A stretch of 62,551 bases of DNA, filler included, from Stramenopiles sp. TOSAG23-2 (GCA_900128395.1; 9 parts of 9 records of this genome joined end to end with filler, not necessarily neighbours in it); one strand, 5' to 3'; positions 1 to 11,613 are shown, counted from the whole stretch's first letter. Notes: generated by a model not told the origin, from the sequence alone. Numbers and translations are program-made.

Positions 1-503
1 TGTACCACGGTACAATGTACAATGCTATTGGCCAATAAGTACAATTATGAAACTATAGCTGAAATCTTGTTTATGTTAGGAGGTTTGGCTTTGATTTTTT
101 TGAAAAACTTTATGTACTACTGGGAGATTAGCTTCCCAGGCTACCACGGCGATAGCATTGTTATCCAAACGTCAATCATTTTTTTCAAATGTTTTTTATA
201 CATTGCAAAAGCATCAAAAACTTTACAAAATACACCACACCACTATAACTATATATATAATCACATTGATTCTCGTTGTTCCCAAACAGAAAGAAAGTGT
301 ATACAGGTATAGATCAACTTTCATTGCCAATCAATTCACTCCAACCAATCCAATTAGATTTTGAAAGATATACATATATTATATACACGCACACATATAT
401 ATACATTCACATTTATTTAACTTTATATTGTAATATTAAAATAATTCATACATTTACACGCACGCACAACTCATACTTTTCAAAAGAATAAAAAAAAAAT
501 AAT

Positions 504-3500
504 ATGCCAGTTACAGATTATCAAAAAGTACGTAGTGTTGGAAAAGGTTCATTCGGTACTGTGTACCTTGTTCGTCATTTGAAAGAGAGAAAGAATTATT
601 GTATGAAAGTGATAAAGTTGACAAACATACCAAAGAAAGAACGTGATGCTTGTAGACATGAGGTGCGGCTTATGCAACGTTTGTCTCATCCTAACATAGT
701 TGGTTTTAAAGACTCCTTTTTTGCAAAACAACGAAGTCAATTATGTATTGTTATGACCTATTGCGACGGCGGTGATTTAAGTGAAAGGGTTAAAAAGCAA
801 TCGCGAACTGGTAGAAAATTTAGCGAAGATCAAATTTTAAATTGGTTTGTACAAATTAGCCTTGGTCTTCATGCAATGCATCAAAATAATATTTTACATC
901 GTGATTTGAAAACACAAAATATATTTTTATTAGGAAATGGGCGTCTTGTCCTTGGTGACCTTGGTATTTCAAAAGTTCTTGGTGGTACAATGGATATGGC
1001 AAAAACTTGTATCGGTACGCCGTATTACATGAGTCCGGAATTATTTAGAAACGAGCCTTATAACAACAAAAGTGATATTTGGGCCATGGGATGCATTTTA
1101 TACGAATTATGCACGCTGAAACATGCATTTGATGCTAACTCGTTGAGTAACTTAGCATCTAAAATCATACGTGGACGATATCCACCAATTGATCGCAAGT
1201 ACAGTTCGGGAACACGTGATTTAATCAAATCCATGTTAGCGCCAAAGCCGACTCAACGGCCTTTAATACACGATGTTTTGAGAAATCCGCTTATTAAACG
1301 AAATATTGCAAATTTCATGTCCGACATTGCGGAAAGACCAAAAAATCGAATTGGCGATGGTACAATGGTTGTGCGTAAAGCTATTTTAAAAGTTGCGAAT
1401 GGTGGTGGTAGTAATAATTTAGGCCAAACCATGAGACGTTTAGATAATAATGCTGCGAAAGATATGGAATCTTTAATTCAACAATTGAAATCTCTTGGAT
1501 TGGACAATGTTGTTAGAAAAGCGTTAAAATCTTCCTCCGCATCTGCAGGTGCAGACGATGAGACGTCTACCACATCCTCCTCCCGTAATAGCAATCGAAG
1601 CAGTAATGATAATTATCGAAAAAAAACAACTTCTTCGCATAGCAACCATTCACGTGGTGGCGGTCGAAGACATGGGCCACCTGCACCATCACGAAGAGAG
1701 ATTGAGGCACGCAAACGAGCTGAAAGGAAACAATTAGCCGCGCTAAGGCGCGAGGAGGAGCGGAAAAGACAAGTGAAAGAAACGCTAGAAAAGTTAAGAA
1801 AAGAACGCGAAGTTCGACAAAAAGCACTTCGTCAAAAGAAAAGAGCACAGCAACGCAATAGGATGATGGCAGGAAATAGATATGGACATGGAGGTGGCGG
1901 TGCAGGCGCAGCGCGTGCCGCCAGACAACGATACAAAGGTCCAGTACGCGGGGGCGGCATGGCAAATCAAGCGAGATCAAAAGAGGAGATGCTAGCAATT
2001 GCAAGGGAACGTTCTAAACAGCTTGAAAGGGAACGAAGGAGCAAACTTCAAGAGGAGGCACGAAGAAACCAAGAAGCGGCAGAGAAGCGTTTAAAAGCCA
2101 GGAACAAACGTCACCAGCATCATGATAAACATAGTAATAAAGACCAACGTGCTGAACGACGCAACGTGCGGGATTTAGATGAATGGGAAGTAAAGCAAAA
2201 AGCAAAACAGGACCTTGTCGCACAACGTCGGGAACGTGAAGCAGTTGCGTTTGAAAGGCGAAAAAAAGCCGAGGAAGAGCGTGTTACGAATTTAAAAGCC
2301 AAATGGAAAGATGAAAATGATCGCATGGGACGTATGCTAGCAGAAGCGAAAAGGAAGAGGGAGGAACGCGCTAAGCAAGATAAACTTGCGAAAGAGGCAA
2401 AAGCTCGAGAAGATCGTGATCGTAAATTAGCAGAGTTGAAACGCCAAGAAGAAATGGCTAAAGCTGTGAAAATAGCACAGGCAAAGCGGGAAGCTGCTCG
2501 TGAGCAAGAGAGGCGATCTGCGCAAATGAAAGATGAGGGTATGGCAGCTCGTAGACGTTTAGTGCAGCAACAGCGTCGTGAACGTAGCCACAAATCTCGT
2601 GAAGAGCCAACTAGTAGAAACAATGACAATAGGAACGAAGCATGGGCTACTGGGATGAATGAAAAGGAAGTTGCACCGGTATGCCCATCTTCACCATTAC
2701 CAGTGAAACCAAGGCGCACGGATTATTCTGGTATGACCGCTCGTGAAAAAGTTATGGCTAAAAAGAAAGAAAGGCAGCGGCTGAAAGATGAAGAGGCGCA
2801 AAGACAATTTGATATGGCAAGGCATGAAATTCAAAAAGATCGCCAGTGGGCGAAACATGCTGCGCAATATCAACGCATGTCCTCTGAAGCCGTTGTGAAA
2901 CGAACTGGTATGGCCCAAGGCACGCAACAAGTTCATAACAATAACGATCATGTTAAAAAAAAATCTGCAAACAATAATAACAATATCAACACATCATATG
3001 AGCATGAGGATATCGCTGATGAAGTTTTAAGCCGCCATGACGATTTAGCATTGGCTGCACAAATGCCAGGTTCTAAGTATAGTGATGAGGATGATAGTAT
3101 TGATCGTACGGTAGACGATAGCATTGAGGAAAATGTCGACAACAGTATTGATGGGATAGCAAATAATGAAGATGAAAGTGTCATATTAGAAGAAATCACC
3201 AGTAACACTAGGTTACACGAGGATCACCCAATATTTCAAGATAGCGATGATGATGACGTTTTCGATGATGTGGAACAAAACAACAATAATTCAAAAGCTA
3301 GTGCTGTTGAAGAGGAGGAAGAGGACAATGATGACGACGCTGACGATATTTATGCAGAACGCGAGGAGGAATTGCAAGAAGAACTTAAAATGGCAACTAT
3401 GAGGTGTGAAACATTAAAACAGTCCTTGTTGAAGGCTCGGCAAGACCAGGAGAATGTACCATCATCACATGAATCTAAATATAGTGATGATTCCACTACA

Positions 3501-3923
3501 GAGCAACAAGAATATTCCGCAATAAATAATAGTATTAAACCAATAGATATATTTGAAGAGATAGAAGAAGGCTTTGATGAGACATATAGTGAGAGTGATG
3601 AGGAGGACTATGGTAACGATTTCAATGACAGTGGTGCACAAGATAATGTCCCTCCATCAGATGCGCAAACAGGGTATTTAAGCAAGATTGAAAAGCGCCA
3701 AAAATTAATCGAAGTAAAATGCATGGAAAAATTAGGCCGTGTACGATTTGAAGCTGCATTTGGTGTTATACTTGAAAGATATAAACGCTGCGAGCGAGGG
3801 GATGGAGATGAGGATGAGTTAGAATTTACGCTCGCTATGTCAAATTTATTAGGTCCTGAATACAAAGAATTAGTACAGTACCTTGAGCAACTAGTTTTGA
3901 TCAAGGAAGGTTATATGATGTAA
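504..3923 (+). CDS. NIMA-related (NEK) Ser/Thr protein kinase with long coiled-coil/acidic C-terminal region (NEK1/4-like)
   Basis: N-terminal kinase domain with GKGSFG, HRDLKTQNIFL, GDLGISKVL, CIGTPYYMSPE and KSDIWAMGC, all typical of NEKs. Followed by an R/E/K coiled coil and an acidic tail. Uninterrupted 1139-aa ORF. Confidence 0.93.
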   Translation: MPVTDYQKVRSVGKGSFGTVYLVRHLKERKNYCMKVIKLTNIPKKERDACRHEVRLMQRLSHPNIVGFKDSFFAKQRSQLCIVMTYCDGGDLSERVKKQSRTGRKFSEDQILNWFVQISLGLHAMHQNNILHRDLKTQNIFLLGNGRLVLGDLGISKVLGGTMDMAKTCIGTPYYMSPELFRNEPYNNKSDIWAMGCILYELCTLKHAFDANSLSNLASKIIRGRYPPIDRKYSSGTRDLIKSMLAPKPTQRPLIHDVLRNPLIKRNIANFMSDIAERPKNRIGDGTMVVRKAILKVANGGGSNNLGQTMRRLDNNAAKDMESLIQQLKSLGLDNVVRKALKSSSASAGADDETSTTSSSRNSNRSSNDNYRKKTTSSHSNHSRGGGRRHGPPAPSRREIEARKRAERKQLAALRREEERKRQVKETLEKLRKEREVRQKALRQKKRAQQRNRMMAGNRYGHGGGGAGAARAARQRYKGPVRGGGMANQARSKEEMLAIARERSKQLERERRSKLQEEARRNQEAAEKRLKARNKRHQHHDKHSNKDQRAERRNVRDLDEWEVKQKAKQDLVAQRREREAVAFERRKKAEEERVTNLKAKWKDENDRMGRMLAEAKRKREERAKQDKLAKEAKAREDRDRKLAELKRQEEMAKAVKIAQAKREAAREQERRSAQMKDEGMAARRRLVQQQRRERSHKSREEPTSRNNDNRNEAWATGMNEKEVAPVCPSSPLPVKPRRTDYSGMTAREKVMAKKKERQRLKDEEAQRQFDMARHEIQKDRQWAKHAAQYQRMSSEAVVKRTGMAQGTQQVHNNNDHVKKKSANNNNNINTSYEHEDIADEVLSRHDDLALAAQMPGSKYSDEDDSIDRTVDDSIEENVDNSIDGIANNEDESVILEEITSNTRLHEDHPIFQDSDDDDVFDDVEQNNNNSKASAVEEEEEDNDDDADDIYAEREEELQEELKMATMRCETLKQSLLKARQDQENVPSSHESKYSDDSTTEQQEYSAINNSIKPIDIFEEIEEGFDETYSESDEEDYGNDFNDSGAQDNVPPSDAQTGYLSKIEKRQKLIEVKCMEKLGRVRFEAAFGVILERYKRCERGDGDEDELEFTLAMSNLLGPEYKELVQYLEQLVLIKEGYMM

Positions 3924-4421
3924 TGTCCTGAGAAAAGAAATTTTGTTTTATCCGTGTTTATGATACGTCTTCTTGTTTATTCTGTAAGAGAGTTTTTGTT
4001 TTAAATTTTTATATAATATTGGTCTACATGGCACGGTGTTTGAAAATCATTTTTGTAAAAAAACGTATTCCAGCGAATGTATTATTTTGTGTGTGTGTGT
4101 GTAGTTGTTACATAATATAAAAAAGGGGAGGATTTTTAAAATTAACAAATAGAGAGTATCATATGGTATGTATGACATACTCGTATGATTATGCATCATA
4201 TCATATATTATCATATGATACGAACGTATGATATGATACATGATACACCAATTAATATGATTTATACGGAGAAATGAGAAATATATTATATACGCGTACA
4301 TTTATAAATATTATAATATGTGAGAGAACATAAAATTACGACATCGTAATATGTACTTGTAAAATTTTTACCGTCGGGGTACGAAAAAGTACTACCACGG
4401 GTACTCTCTCTGTAACCTCTT

Positions 4422-5741
4422 TTATGACAATAATGCAGCCATAGCATTTTTAGAATCTTCTGTCTCTTCAATAATTTCTTCTTCTTCTTCCTCCTCCCCC
4501 TCAATGTCTGTGCTATTTATTTCTTCCCCTAACAATAGTGCCATTGCCTTTTTAGAATCTTCTGTCTGTTCAATCACTTCATTTTCTTCATCACTACCCA
4601 CTAAGCCTAACAGCGCATCCATTGCATTTGTTGATTCAGCAGTAGGTTCAACTTCTTCATCATCTGTACTTTCTTCAGCGGCAATATTAATTAGAGCTGA
4701 GAGTGTATCCTCACTACTCATGGTTTTATTGACTGTTTTGTTGTTCAAGTGAGTTGCAGGTAACATAATGGCTTTTAATTTAAGAAAATGTCTTTTTCTT
4801 ATTTCTCTTGCTATTTGATCTACTGGTAATAATTGCTTCTTTAAAGCTTCCAAGCGCCTTGAATTCTTTAATCGGGATTGTTCTTCCTTCATAGCATGAA
4901 CAGCAACTTCCCATAAAGTTTTATCTTTCGTTGTAGTATGTACAGTTGGATTTTTGCGTAAATAATTTCTCCAACATTTTTGTATTGTTCTAATTTTTAA
5001 TAGGAAATTATTATAAAAATAATCTTTCCATCGATCTTGGATTACAGATGCACATTCATTATCAGATTCAGGCCAAAATTCATTCATGTTTACGTCATTT
5101 TCTGGATCTATAATATGATCCCAATCACTATGAATTCGTTTACCTAAATAATCCTCGTCTTTGTCTTCTATTTTCCCATTATTCCAAACACCTTCTATAA
5201 CATAGTCTAATTTTCCTCTCATTCGTTTTTCAACGCCTGGGCCTTCAAACAGGCCATTATTAAAAGACCCCTCATAAAAACTTTTACCACCAGTAAAAAT
5301 ATATTTACCAACTCCATGAGGAACACCTTCCTTATAGTCACCTTTATATTCTATTGTACAGTCAGACCTATATGTTATTCCTGATACTATTAAATCATCT
5401 ACAAAAGTGCCTTCTTGGAAAGGCGCGCCAGAACGATGAAAAGTACATCCATCTCCATGTTTGTCACCCATACGATAATCACCTTGATATATTTTTACAC
5501 CATGTTGATTATACATAGTACCATAACCATGTGGTATGGGTTTTCGGCCCATACGCCCATGTAAACCTCCCACGTATCTTTTGTTCTCATCTAAAAATAT
5601 TCTTTCACCTTCAATGAAATAACTTTCAGGCCTTTTTCTCTTCTGAAATATGATCTCATTTTCTTTTCTGCGTCTAGTTTTTTTTTCATCTAGATAAATT
5701 GTTCTTTTTCGCCTTTCCTTCCATGATTCTTTTTCCCGCAT
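4422..5741 (-). CDS. MORN-repeat protein with IQ-like motifs and acidic repetitive tail
   Basis: MORN repeats (YQGDYRMGDKHGDG, YKGDYKEGVPHGVG, YEGSFNNGLFEGPG) and IQ-like IQDRWKDY / IQKCWRNYLRK. First in-frame ATG is at 5741, whereas the ORF track starts at TTG 5780; the true start is uncertain. Confidence 0.8.
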   Translation of the reverse strand: MREKESWKERRKRTIYLDEKKTRRRKENEIIFQKRKRPESYFIEGERIFLDENKRYVGGLHGRMGRKPIPHGYGTMYNQHGVKIYQGDYRMGDKHGDGCTFHRSGAPFQEGTFVDDLIVSGITYRSDCTIEYKGDYKEGVPHGVGKYIFTGGKSFYEGSFNNGLFEGPGVEKRMRGKLDYVIEGVWNNGKIEDKDEDYLGKRIHSDWDHIIDPENDVNMNEFWPESDNECASVIQDRWKDYFYNNFLLKIRTIQKCWRNYLRKNPTVHTTTKDKTLWEVAVHAMKEEQSRLKNSRRLEALKKQLLPVDQIAREIRKRHFLKLKAIMLPATHLNNKTVNKTMSSEDTLSALINIAAEESTDDEEVEPTAESTNAMDALLGLVGSDEENEVIEQTEDSKKAMALLLGEEINSTDIEGEEEEEEEIIEETEDSKNAMAALLS

Positions 5742-6155
5742 CTTTAAGACCCTTTTAGATTTTAAATAATATTTTATCAATTACTTTCTATGCATGCATA
5801 ACAACGAATCTTATTCATTCGTGAATGACTATTGTATTTACTTCGTGTAATCTTTAACAATAATAAATGTGCAATGGGTAATAGACACATACATGAAACG
5901 TAAAAATGATAGAATTATTTGTAAACTATTATTATAATGATACGGTATGCTATGGGCCTGCTACATTTAAGGATAACTACTGTACAGGTAGATATTATTT
6001 GAGTGTACTTGGAACAAAAACAACAAAACATCAACCTGGCAACCCTCAAATCTCAAATATACACACAGAAAAATACTGCTAATAAAATACTGTAATAAAA
6101 AATATACCACACTGTATAATACGAATAAAAATATTTTTTATATTAAAAAAACGTT

Positions 6156-8426
6156 TTACTTCAAAGAATCGATAAACAACTCTTTTAGTCCATTACAAAC
6201 ACGCAATAAACGATTAAACCCTTTGCCAAATGATCGAATATCAAAATTGCGAATTGGTTTAACGCCAAAATCACTTTTTATTGTAACTTCCATTTCTCCT
6301 GCTGGGTATCCAAAACCAATGAAAAATTGAACTGTCCATTTAGTCGTAATTTCAGATTGATCCGGTACTGCTTTGCTGTTCGTCATTCCTTGTATCCCTA
6401 AATTTGTGAAAGCTGTTGAAAAAGAAATATGATTTCCACGCCCAAAAATAATATCTTCGCATGTAAAATTAGCCTCAATGTATTGAAATTCATTCGCAAG
6501 TAATCTACAACGACCAAACATAACATCCATTGCTAACATTGCGTCTCTTAACTCTAATTTCGTTTTAACATGTTCCATCATGGTATCGCATGCAACATCT
6601 TGAACTGAGAGCAATTCCTTGAAAATTGAATTGTAATTATCTTTGCTATTATCTTCCATCCATACCTCACACTCCATGATTGTTGTCCCATTCACAGTTG
6701 GTGCATTTATTCGGACCAGATGTTTCATACCATTGTGATGTAGGCGTTCAAATCGGATGCTGTCTGCTGTCATTTCATTACATTGCCAACTGTTAAATTG
6801 TTTAGATATTTCGTAGACATCTTGTATAGAGGACAATTCCTTAGATAAAATTTCCTTCTTTTCGATAGTTTCATCATATGTATCAATTTTACTTTCTAGA
6901 TCTTGTTTCATTGCAGCAGAGTAGCTTATATCCTCCTTTGTTTGTGCAACATGTTTATGAACTTTTCCCACTCGTTGCTGAAACAATGTTACCATATCTT
7001 GTTGCTCAACAATGTCATGCTGAAAGCTTTCAATTTTTTTCAATTTTGTAAGCTCCGATGCATGTTTCTGTTTCAACGTGTCTGAGCGGGACGATTCCTC
7101 TTGCAAGGCGCTTATATCACTCTCTAACTTTTTTATTAAGTCTGAATAGTCTTTTGACAAGCGTTCTTCAATTAATGCACGCCATTTGCACCATTCTTTA
7201 GCTGCAACTAATTTATTTAACTCCATGCATAATTTAGCTTTTGCACGAGTATCATAATTGATCAAATCTACTTGACGGTATATAGCTGGTTGAACACGTT
7301 GAAGCCTTTCAATAGTATCGTTCAAACTTCCTACATTTTCCTTCAATATTTTTTGAAGTTCCACGCATGCCCATTCATGTATTGCAAAATCTGGTACTTG
7401 ATGTAATAAATGAAGTGATGTTGATGCTGTCTCTATTGTACTGTCTAATGAATACAATAGGGTGTTTTTATTTAAATTGAAGGCTGGTTGCGAGAAGTCT
7501 GTTTCATTAGACAAATCGCTTACGGTTGAAAATTCATTTCCTACACCTAATGCATCAGCTACTTCTTGCGTTGATGTACGTTTCGACATTTGCACAATTC
7601 TACCAAGATCTTCAGTGATATCCATCGATTCATTTAATACTATGCTGCCTCGTCGTAAAAGTTTTGGATCATCTACACTATCATCTTCATCATCATTACT
7701 AACATTATCATCCTCTTCGTCATCTTCATCGGAATATATATTATTTTGTATTAACGCTTTCAATCCACCAGCTTCTAATTCAATGGTTTTATCCTCTTCA
7801 ACATCCATGGACTCTTCTTCCATAGAATTATCATCTATACCATTTACAAAATTTTGCAATGACTCTAATGCTACTGTTTTTTCATCATCGATCATTTCGT
7901 TATTATTATTGTTGTTGCTATTACTAGCATTGATACTTTCATCATTATTGTTACTAAGATCTGATGCCCCGCTTTCATTAAAGTCTTGTATAAGTTGTTG
8001 CATATTTCCTAACTCAACTGTCTTTTCATCATCATCATTTACATTGCTATTGTTGCTATTGTTGCTATTGTTACTAACATCCAAATCTAAGCGTCTGCTT
8101 GGTGGCGTGGAAGTTTTCCTTTTCTTGCTATTAGGATTATAGGATGATGATGGCGATTCTGCATACATATCAGTTGATCCTCGTTTCTTGTTGGAATCAG
8201 AACTAGAATTAGAATCCGTGCTATCGTCAAGCGACATATCTTCTACGATTACAGCGGTATGTCCATCATCCGCATCGGTATCTTCATCCTCCTCCGTCTC
8301 GTTCGAGTTCATACTATCATTTACTTTAGAACTTTGTTTGGAATTACTAAATGTAACTACGTCTTCTTCTTTATAAATCGGCTTTTTGGCACTATTATTA
8401 AATTGTATTTCATTATCTTGAGAAGC
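6156..8426 (-). CDS. KNL1: Kinetochore scaffold KNL1/Spc105 (Spc7) homologue, 5'-truncated by contig end
   Basis: Disordered acidic N-half with repeats (DEKTVELGNMQQL, DEKTVALESLQNF, EDKTIELEAGGLKAL) and MELT-like SMDIT. Spc7-like KLVAAKEWCKWR, then a coiled coil and an RWD-like C-terminus. The frame stays open upstream of 8312 to the contig edge, so the SILK/RVSF motifs are not visible. Confidence 0.72.
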   Translation of the reverse strand, partial: ASQDNEIQFNNSAKKPIYKEEDVVTFSNSKQSSKVNDSMNSNETEEDEDTDADDGHTAVIVEDMSLDDSTDSNSSSDSNKKRGSTDMYAESPSSSYNPNSKKRKTSTPPSRRLDLDVSNNSNNSNNSNVNDDDEKTVELGNMQQLIQDFNESGASDLSNNNDESINASNSNNNNNNEMIDDEKTVALESLQNFVNGIDDNSMEEESMDVEEDKTIELEAGGLKALIQNNIYSDEDDEEDDNVSNDDEDDSVDDPKLLRRGSIVLNESMDITEDLGRIVQMSKRTSTQEVADALGVGNEFSTVSDLSNETDFSQPAFNLNKNTLLYSLDSTIETASTSLHLLHQVPDFAIHEWACVELQKILKENVGSLNDTIERLQRVQPAIYRQVDLINYDTRAKAKLCMELNKLVAAKEWCKWRALIEERLSKDYSDLIKKLESDISALQEESSRSDTLKQKHASELTKLKKIESFQHDIVEQQDMVTLFQQRVGKVHKHVAQTKEDISYSAAMKQDLESKIDTYDETIEKKEILSKELSSIQDVYEISKQFNSWQCNEMTADSIRFERLHHNGMKHLVRINAPTVNGTTIMECEVWMEDNSKDNYNSIFKELLSVQDVACDTMMEHVKTKLELRDAMLAMDVMFGRCRLLANEFQYIEANFTCEDIIFGRGNHISFSTAFTNLGIQGMTNSKAVPDQSEITTKWTVQFFIGFGYPAGEMEVTIKSDFGVKPIRNFDIRSFGKGFNRLLRVCNGLKELFIDSLK

Positions 8427-8428
8427 AA

Positions 8429-8528
8429 NNNNNNNNNNNNNNNNNNNNNNNNNNNNNNNNNNNNNNNNNNNNTTAATTAATTAANNNNNNNNNNNNNNNN
8501 NNNNNNNNNNNNNNNNNNNNNNNNNNNN
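8429..8528. other. Artificial contig spacer
   Basis: 44 N + TTAATTAATTAA (stop codons in all six frames) + 44 N. Confidence 0.98.
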
Positions 8529-8624
8529 TAGCACCCGATGATCCTGCACCACTAGCACCCGATGATCCTGCACCACTAGCACCCGATGATCCTGCACCAC
8601 TAGCACCTGATGATCCTGCACCGC
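8529..8624 (-). repeat. Coding 24-bp tandem repeat (GAGSSGAS)x~4, running into contig end
   Basis: TAGCACCCGATGATCCTGCACCAC repeated from 8529. Related GESGASGA units occur at ~8835-8910. Confidence 0.9.
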
Positions 8625-10652
8625 TAGGTCCTGTAGTTGGTGCCGTTATAGGTGCCGATGTTGGTGCTGTTCTTGGAACTGATACTGCCGGAGTCGTTGT
8701 TGCGTATTGTACTACAATCTCATCTTCTGCATCGCACGCTTCTCCTGTCCATCCTGATTGACAAATACATTTAGAATTTTCGCACTTTCCATTAATGCAG
8801 TTAATTTCAATGCATCCGCCCGTAGGCCCAGGACCCGATTCACCTGCACCACTAGCACCCGATTCACTTGCACCACTAGCACCCGATTCACCTGCACCAC
8901 TAGCACCCGAAGGTGCTGCAACAGCAGGTGCTTTAACAGACGTAACAAAGAGCATTTCGTTACTCAATACTTTGGGTATATCATTTGTAGCGCAGTAAAG
9001 ACGGTATGCGGTATTTGGCGATAATCCTCCAACGGTTGAGGTCTCTATGGGGGTACCGGGACCGTCACTGGTGCTATAACTTTCAACATCCACGACTGGG
9101 CCATTTGTTGTGCCTTTAGTGGCACCATTTCTACCGGTGGTTTGGTATAATTCATCAGCTGTAGGCTTACCTGCAGAATAGCTGAATATACCACATGTTA
9201 TTTTATCAGAAGTTTTTGGAGTGGCAGAGAAAGTTACTTCTTCAGGTCCCCTAGATTCTACTTTTGGCTGTTTAATGAAGCCCGGCTGTCCAGTTTTTTT
9301 AGTTTCGTTAGTGAAGTATTTAGGTTTGCTTGATCCAAATGATTCTGCTGGGGTTTCCTTTGGTATGTTAAAATTGACAGTCACGAAAGAAAACTTTCGG
9401 CTCAATATTTTTGGGTTTTCATTTGCTACGCAATAAACATTGTACGCTGTGGATGGTTTCAAGCCATTAACAACCATCCTGATTTCTTTATGCGCACCAA
9501 GAGTAGTACCTATTACGAGTGGAACAACTGGCGCATGTGGGTTTGAAGTACCTGAAATCCTTTTTGGGTATTCTTCAATGCGTGCACTTATGTTCCCCCC
9601 GTTACCAATGTCCTGCCATACTTCCGAGGCGGTCGGAGGAGCATCCCATAATTCATATGAATATACACCGCACCTGATGTCTACTGCTTTAGCTGGTGTA
9701 GCTTTAATTGTCACACTGGTCTCCGTAATTGATCCGCTCACTGCTCCTGGTTGACGAGAGAAACCACTATCTACATCTGCGTGAGGAACATACGTTTCGA
9801 ATTTTGCTCCATGAATATGGTGAATTGGAACATATACTGGTTTATCCTTACATAAGTTTTCATCTGGTTCTCCATCTCTGAGACATATACACACACCAGT
9901 TTTCCTCTGACATTTACCGTTGTTGTAACATCTATTAGCAAGATGATCATATTTACTTTGCCCACAGTATTGGAATTCACATCCAACATCACCGTAACGT
10001 TTAGGTGGACAATGGTGGCATTTTCCAGTCTCTTGATTACATTCACCACCATTTTCAGCACATTGTTCACTACACACTCTTTCGGTGCACAATTTACCAC
10101 CATAAGTGTCATCGCATTGGCAAGACGGTTTGCCTGTCATGTTATTAATCATACACAAACCATGGCCAAAGCAGGTAGAAGCTTCTAGTTGTAGACCACT
10201 TTTTGCGTTTATTTCCATTGCTCTGCATGATGCATTGCGTACATCTGGTATCATCGGTTCATGGCGTAGATTATGTAAGTCCGTTGGTGGAGGTAAATGA
10301 ATGAATTCAAATTCACATGCATCGCCATAACGCCCTGGCTCGCAGTAACATGTAGGCGCCCCATTAAATTCTTTGCATACGCCATGATTATTGCACTTGC
10401 CTTGTGGGCCTTTACAAACTTGCACTTCGCATCCAGGACCGGAATAACCTTCATCACAAACACATATTGGATTTTTACCATTATGATCTTTCTTGCATAC
10501 GCCATGCTCTCCACATGGTACGTCTCGAGCCGGCAAGCCGCCACGAACAAATATTCCTTTTTGATTGCATCTATATTTGCCACAACCTTTACCGTAGTAT
10601 CCAGGTTTACAATAGCAAATTTTTTCTACCAAGTTTTTTGTTGGATCATCGG
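8529..10652 (-). CDS. EGF-repeat / FN3-like extracellular (tenascin-like) protein, internal segment (inverted)
   Basis: Many EGF-like units (CVCDEGYSGPGCE, CYCEPGRYGDACE, CICQSGWTGEACD) and two similar FN3-like domains (GLKPSTAYNVYC / GLSPNTAYRLYC), with Gly/Ser/Ala/Thr linkers. ORF residues upstream of 10652 are antisense to the + strand segment. Confidence 0.8.
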
Positions 10653-11613
10653 TGCTAGTGGTGCAGGTGGTACAGCAACTTTGGCACCAGTAACCCAAGC
10701 TCCAGGAACTGTACGCGCATGTACTCCACAAACGTGCGAGAACGGAGATTGTATCAATAATGACAACGAATGTAAGTGTCACCCAGGTTACAAAGGAGCA
10801 AAATGCGATGAAATTATTTGTTCCAGGGATATGTGTAACTGGAACGAAAACGCACCGCAAGGCCAATGTGTGTACAGTACAGAGGGTGATGAAGGGCATT
10901 GTGTATGTTTCCCTGGCTGGAATGGTACTCAATGTGAAAATCCTTTAGAAGAAGCTAAAGGTGGTGCATGTGATAAAGATTGCGGTGGACAATGTTTGGA
11001 TCTTTTCCCAACTATGTGTAAAATACATATGCAATTCTTTACAGATAGCCATGAAAATTTAGATGCTGAAACTTCAGAGTTGAAGCCAACGTTAGAACAA
11101 TTACATATTGATGAAACAGACTGGACCGTCAAGATCCAAGATGTAAAGACTGAAGGTATTGGTATCAAAAAGGGGCGCAAATGTTATATAAACTGCGTAG
11201 CTCAATGCCTGACGTCATGCCAAAAAGATTTGCAGGGGAAGGATGACATTCAGAGAAACAATACACAAAAAAGTCCTTTGGTGTTGACGTTAGACATGAC
11301 TGGTCATATATCGAAAGATACTCGAAACGATGAATTACATCGGAAAGAAGCACTTGAAGTGAATAAAACACTTGCGATTACCAATATGATGGTTCAAAAT
11401 GAAAGTGCAACAATAGCAATACAAGGTGAACAAGAGAAGCAAGGGAACACAGAGGACACAGAGAATACAGAGAACACAGCAACCTCTGCTCCAACTGGTT
11501 TCAAAGCAATTAAGGCAAAAATAATTGATTTACATGGATTAGAAAATAATAGCAAAGGTAGTGGTGTATTGGGATGGTTAGGTAGTTGGTTTACAAGTAA
11601 AAGTAAAAAGTAA
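10651..11613 (+). CDS. EGF-repeat protein, C-terminal segment (probably the 3' end of the same gene as 8529-10652)
   Basis: Starts with GASGAGG, the same repeat that ends the minus-strand segment. Continues with EGF units CKCHPGYKGAKCD and CVCFPGWNGTQCE and ends at TAA 11613. Confidence 0.78.
   Translation, partial: GASGAGGTATLAPVTQAPGTVRACTPQTCENGDCINNDNECKCHPGYKGAKCDEIICSRDMCNWNENAPQGQCVYSTEGDEGHCVCFPGWNGTQCENPLEEAKGGACDKDCGGQCLDLFPTMCKIHMQFFTDSHENLDAETSELKPTLEQLHIDETDWTVKIQDVKTEGIGIKKGRKCYINCVAQCLTSCQKDLQGKDDIQRNNTQKSPLVLTLDMTGHISKDTRNDELHRKEALEVNKTLAITNMMVQNESATIAIQGEQEKQGNTEDTENTENTATSAPTGFKAIKAKIIDLHGLENNSKGSGVLGWLGSWFTSKSKK

Noticed and set aside
10297..10932. Long antisense overlap of two Cys-rich ORFs
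   Set aside because: Each ORF's extension past ~10650 is the antisense of the other half and is not protein-like. The inversion junction explains it.
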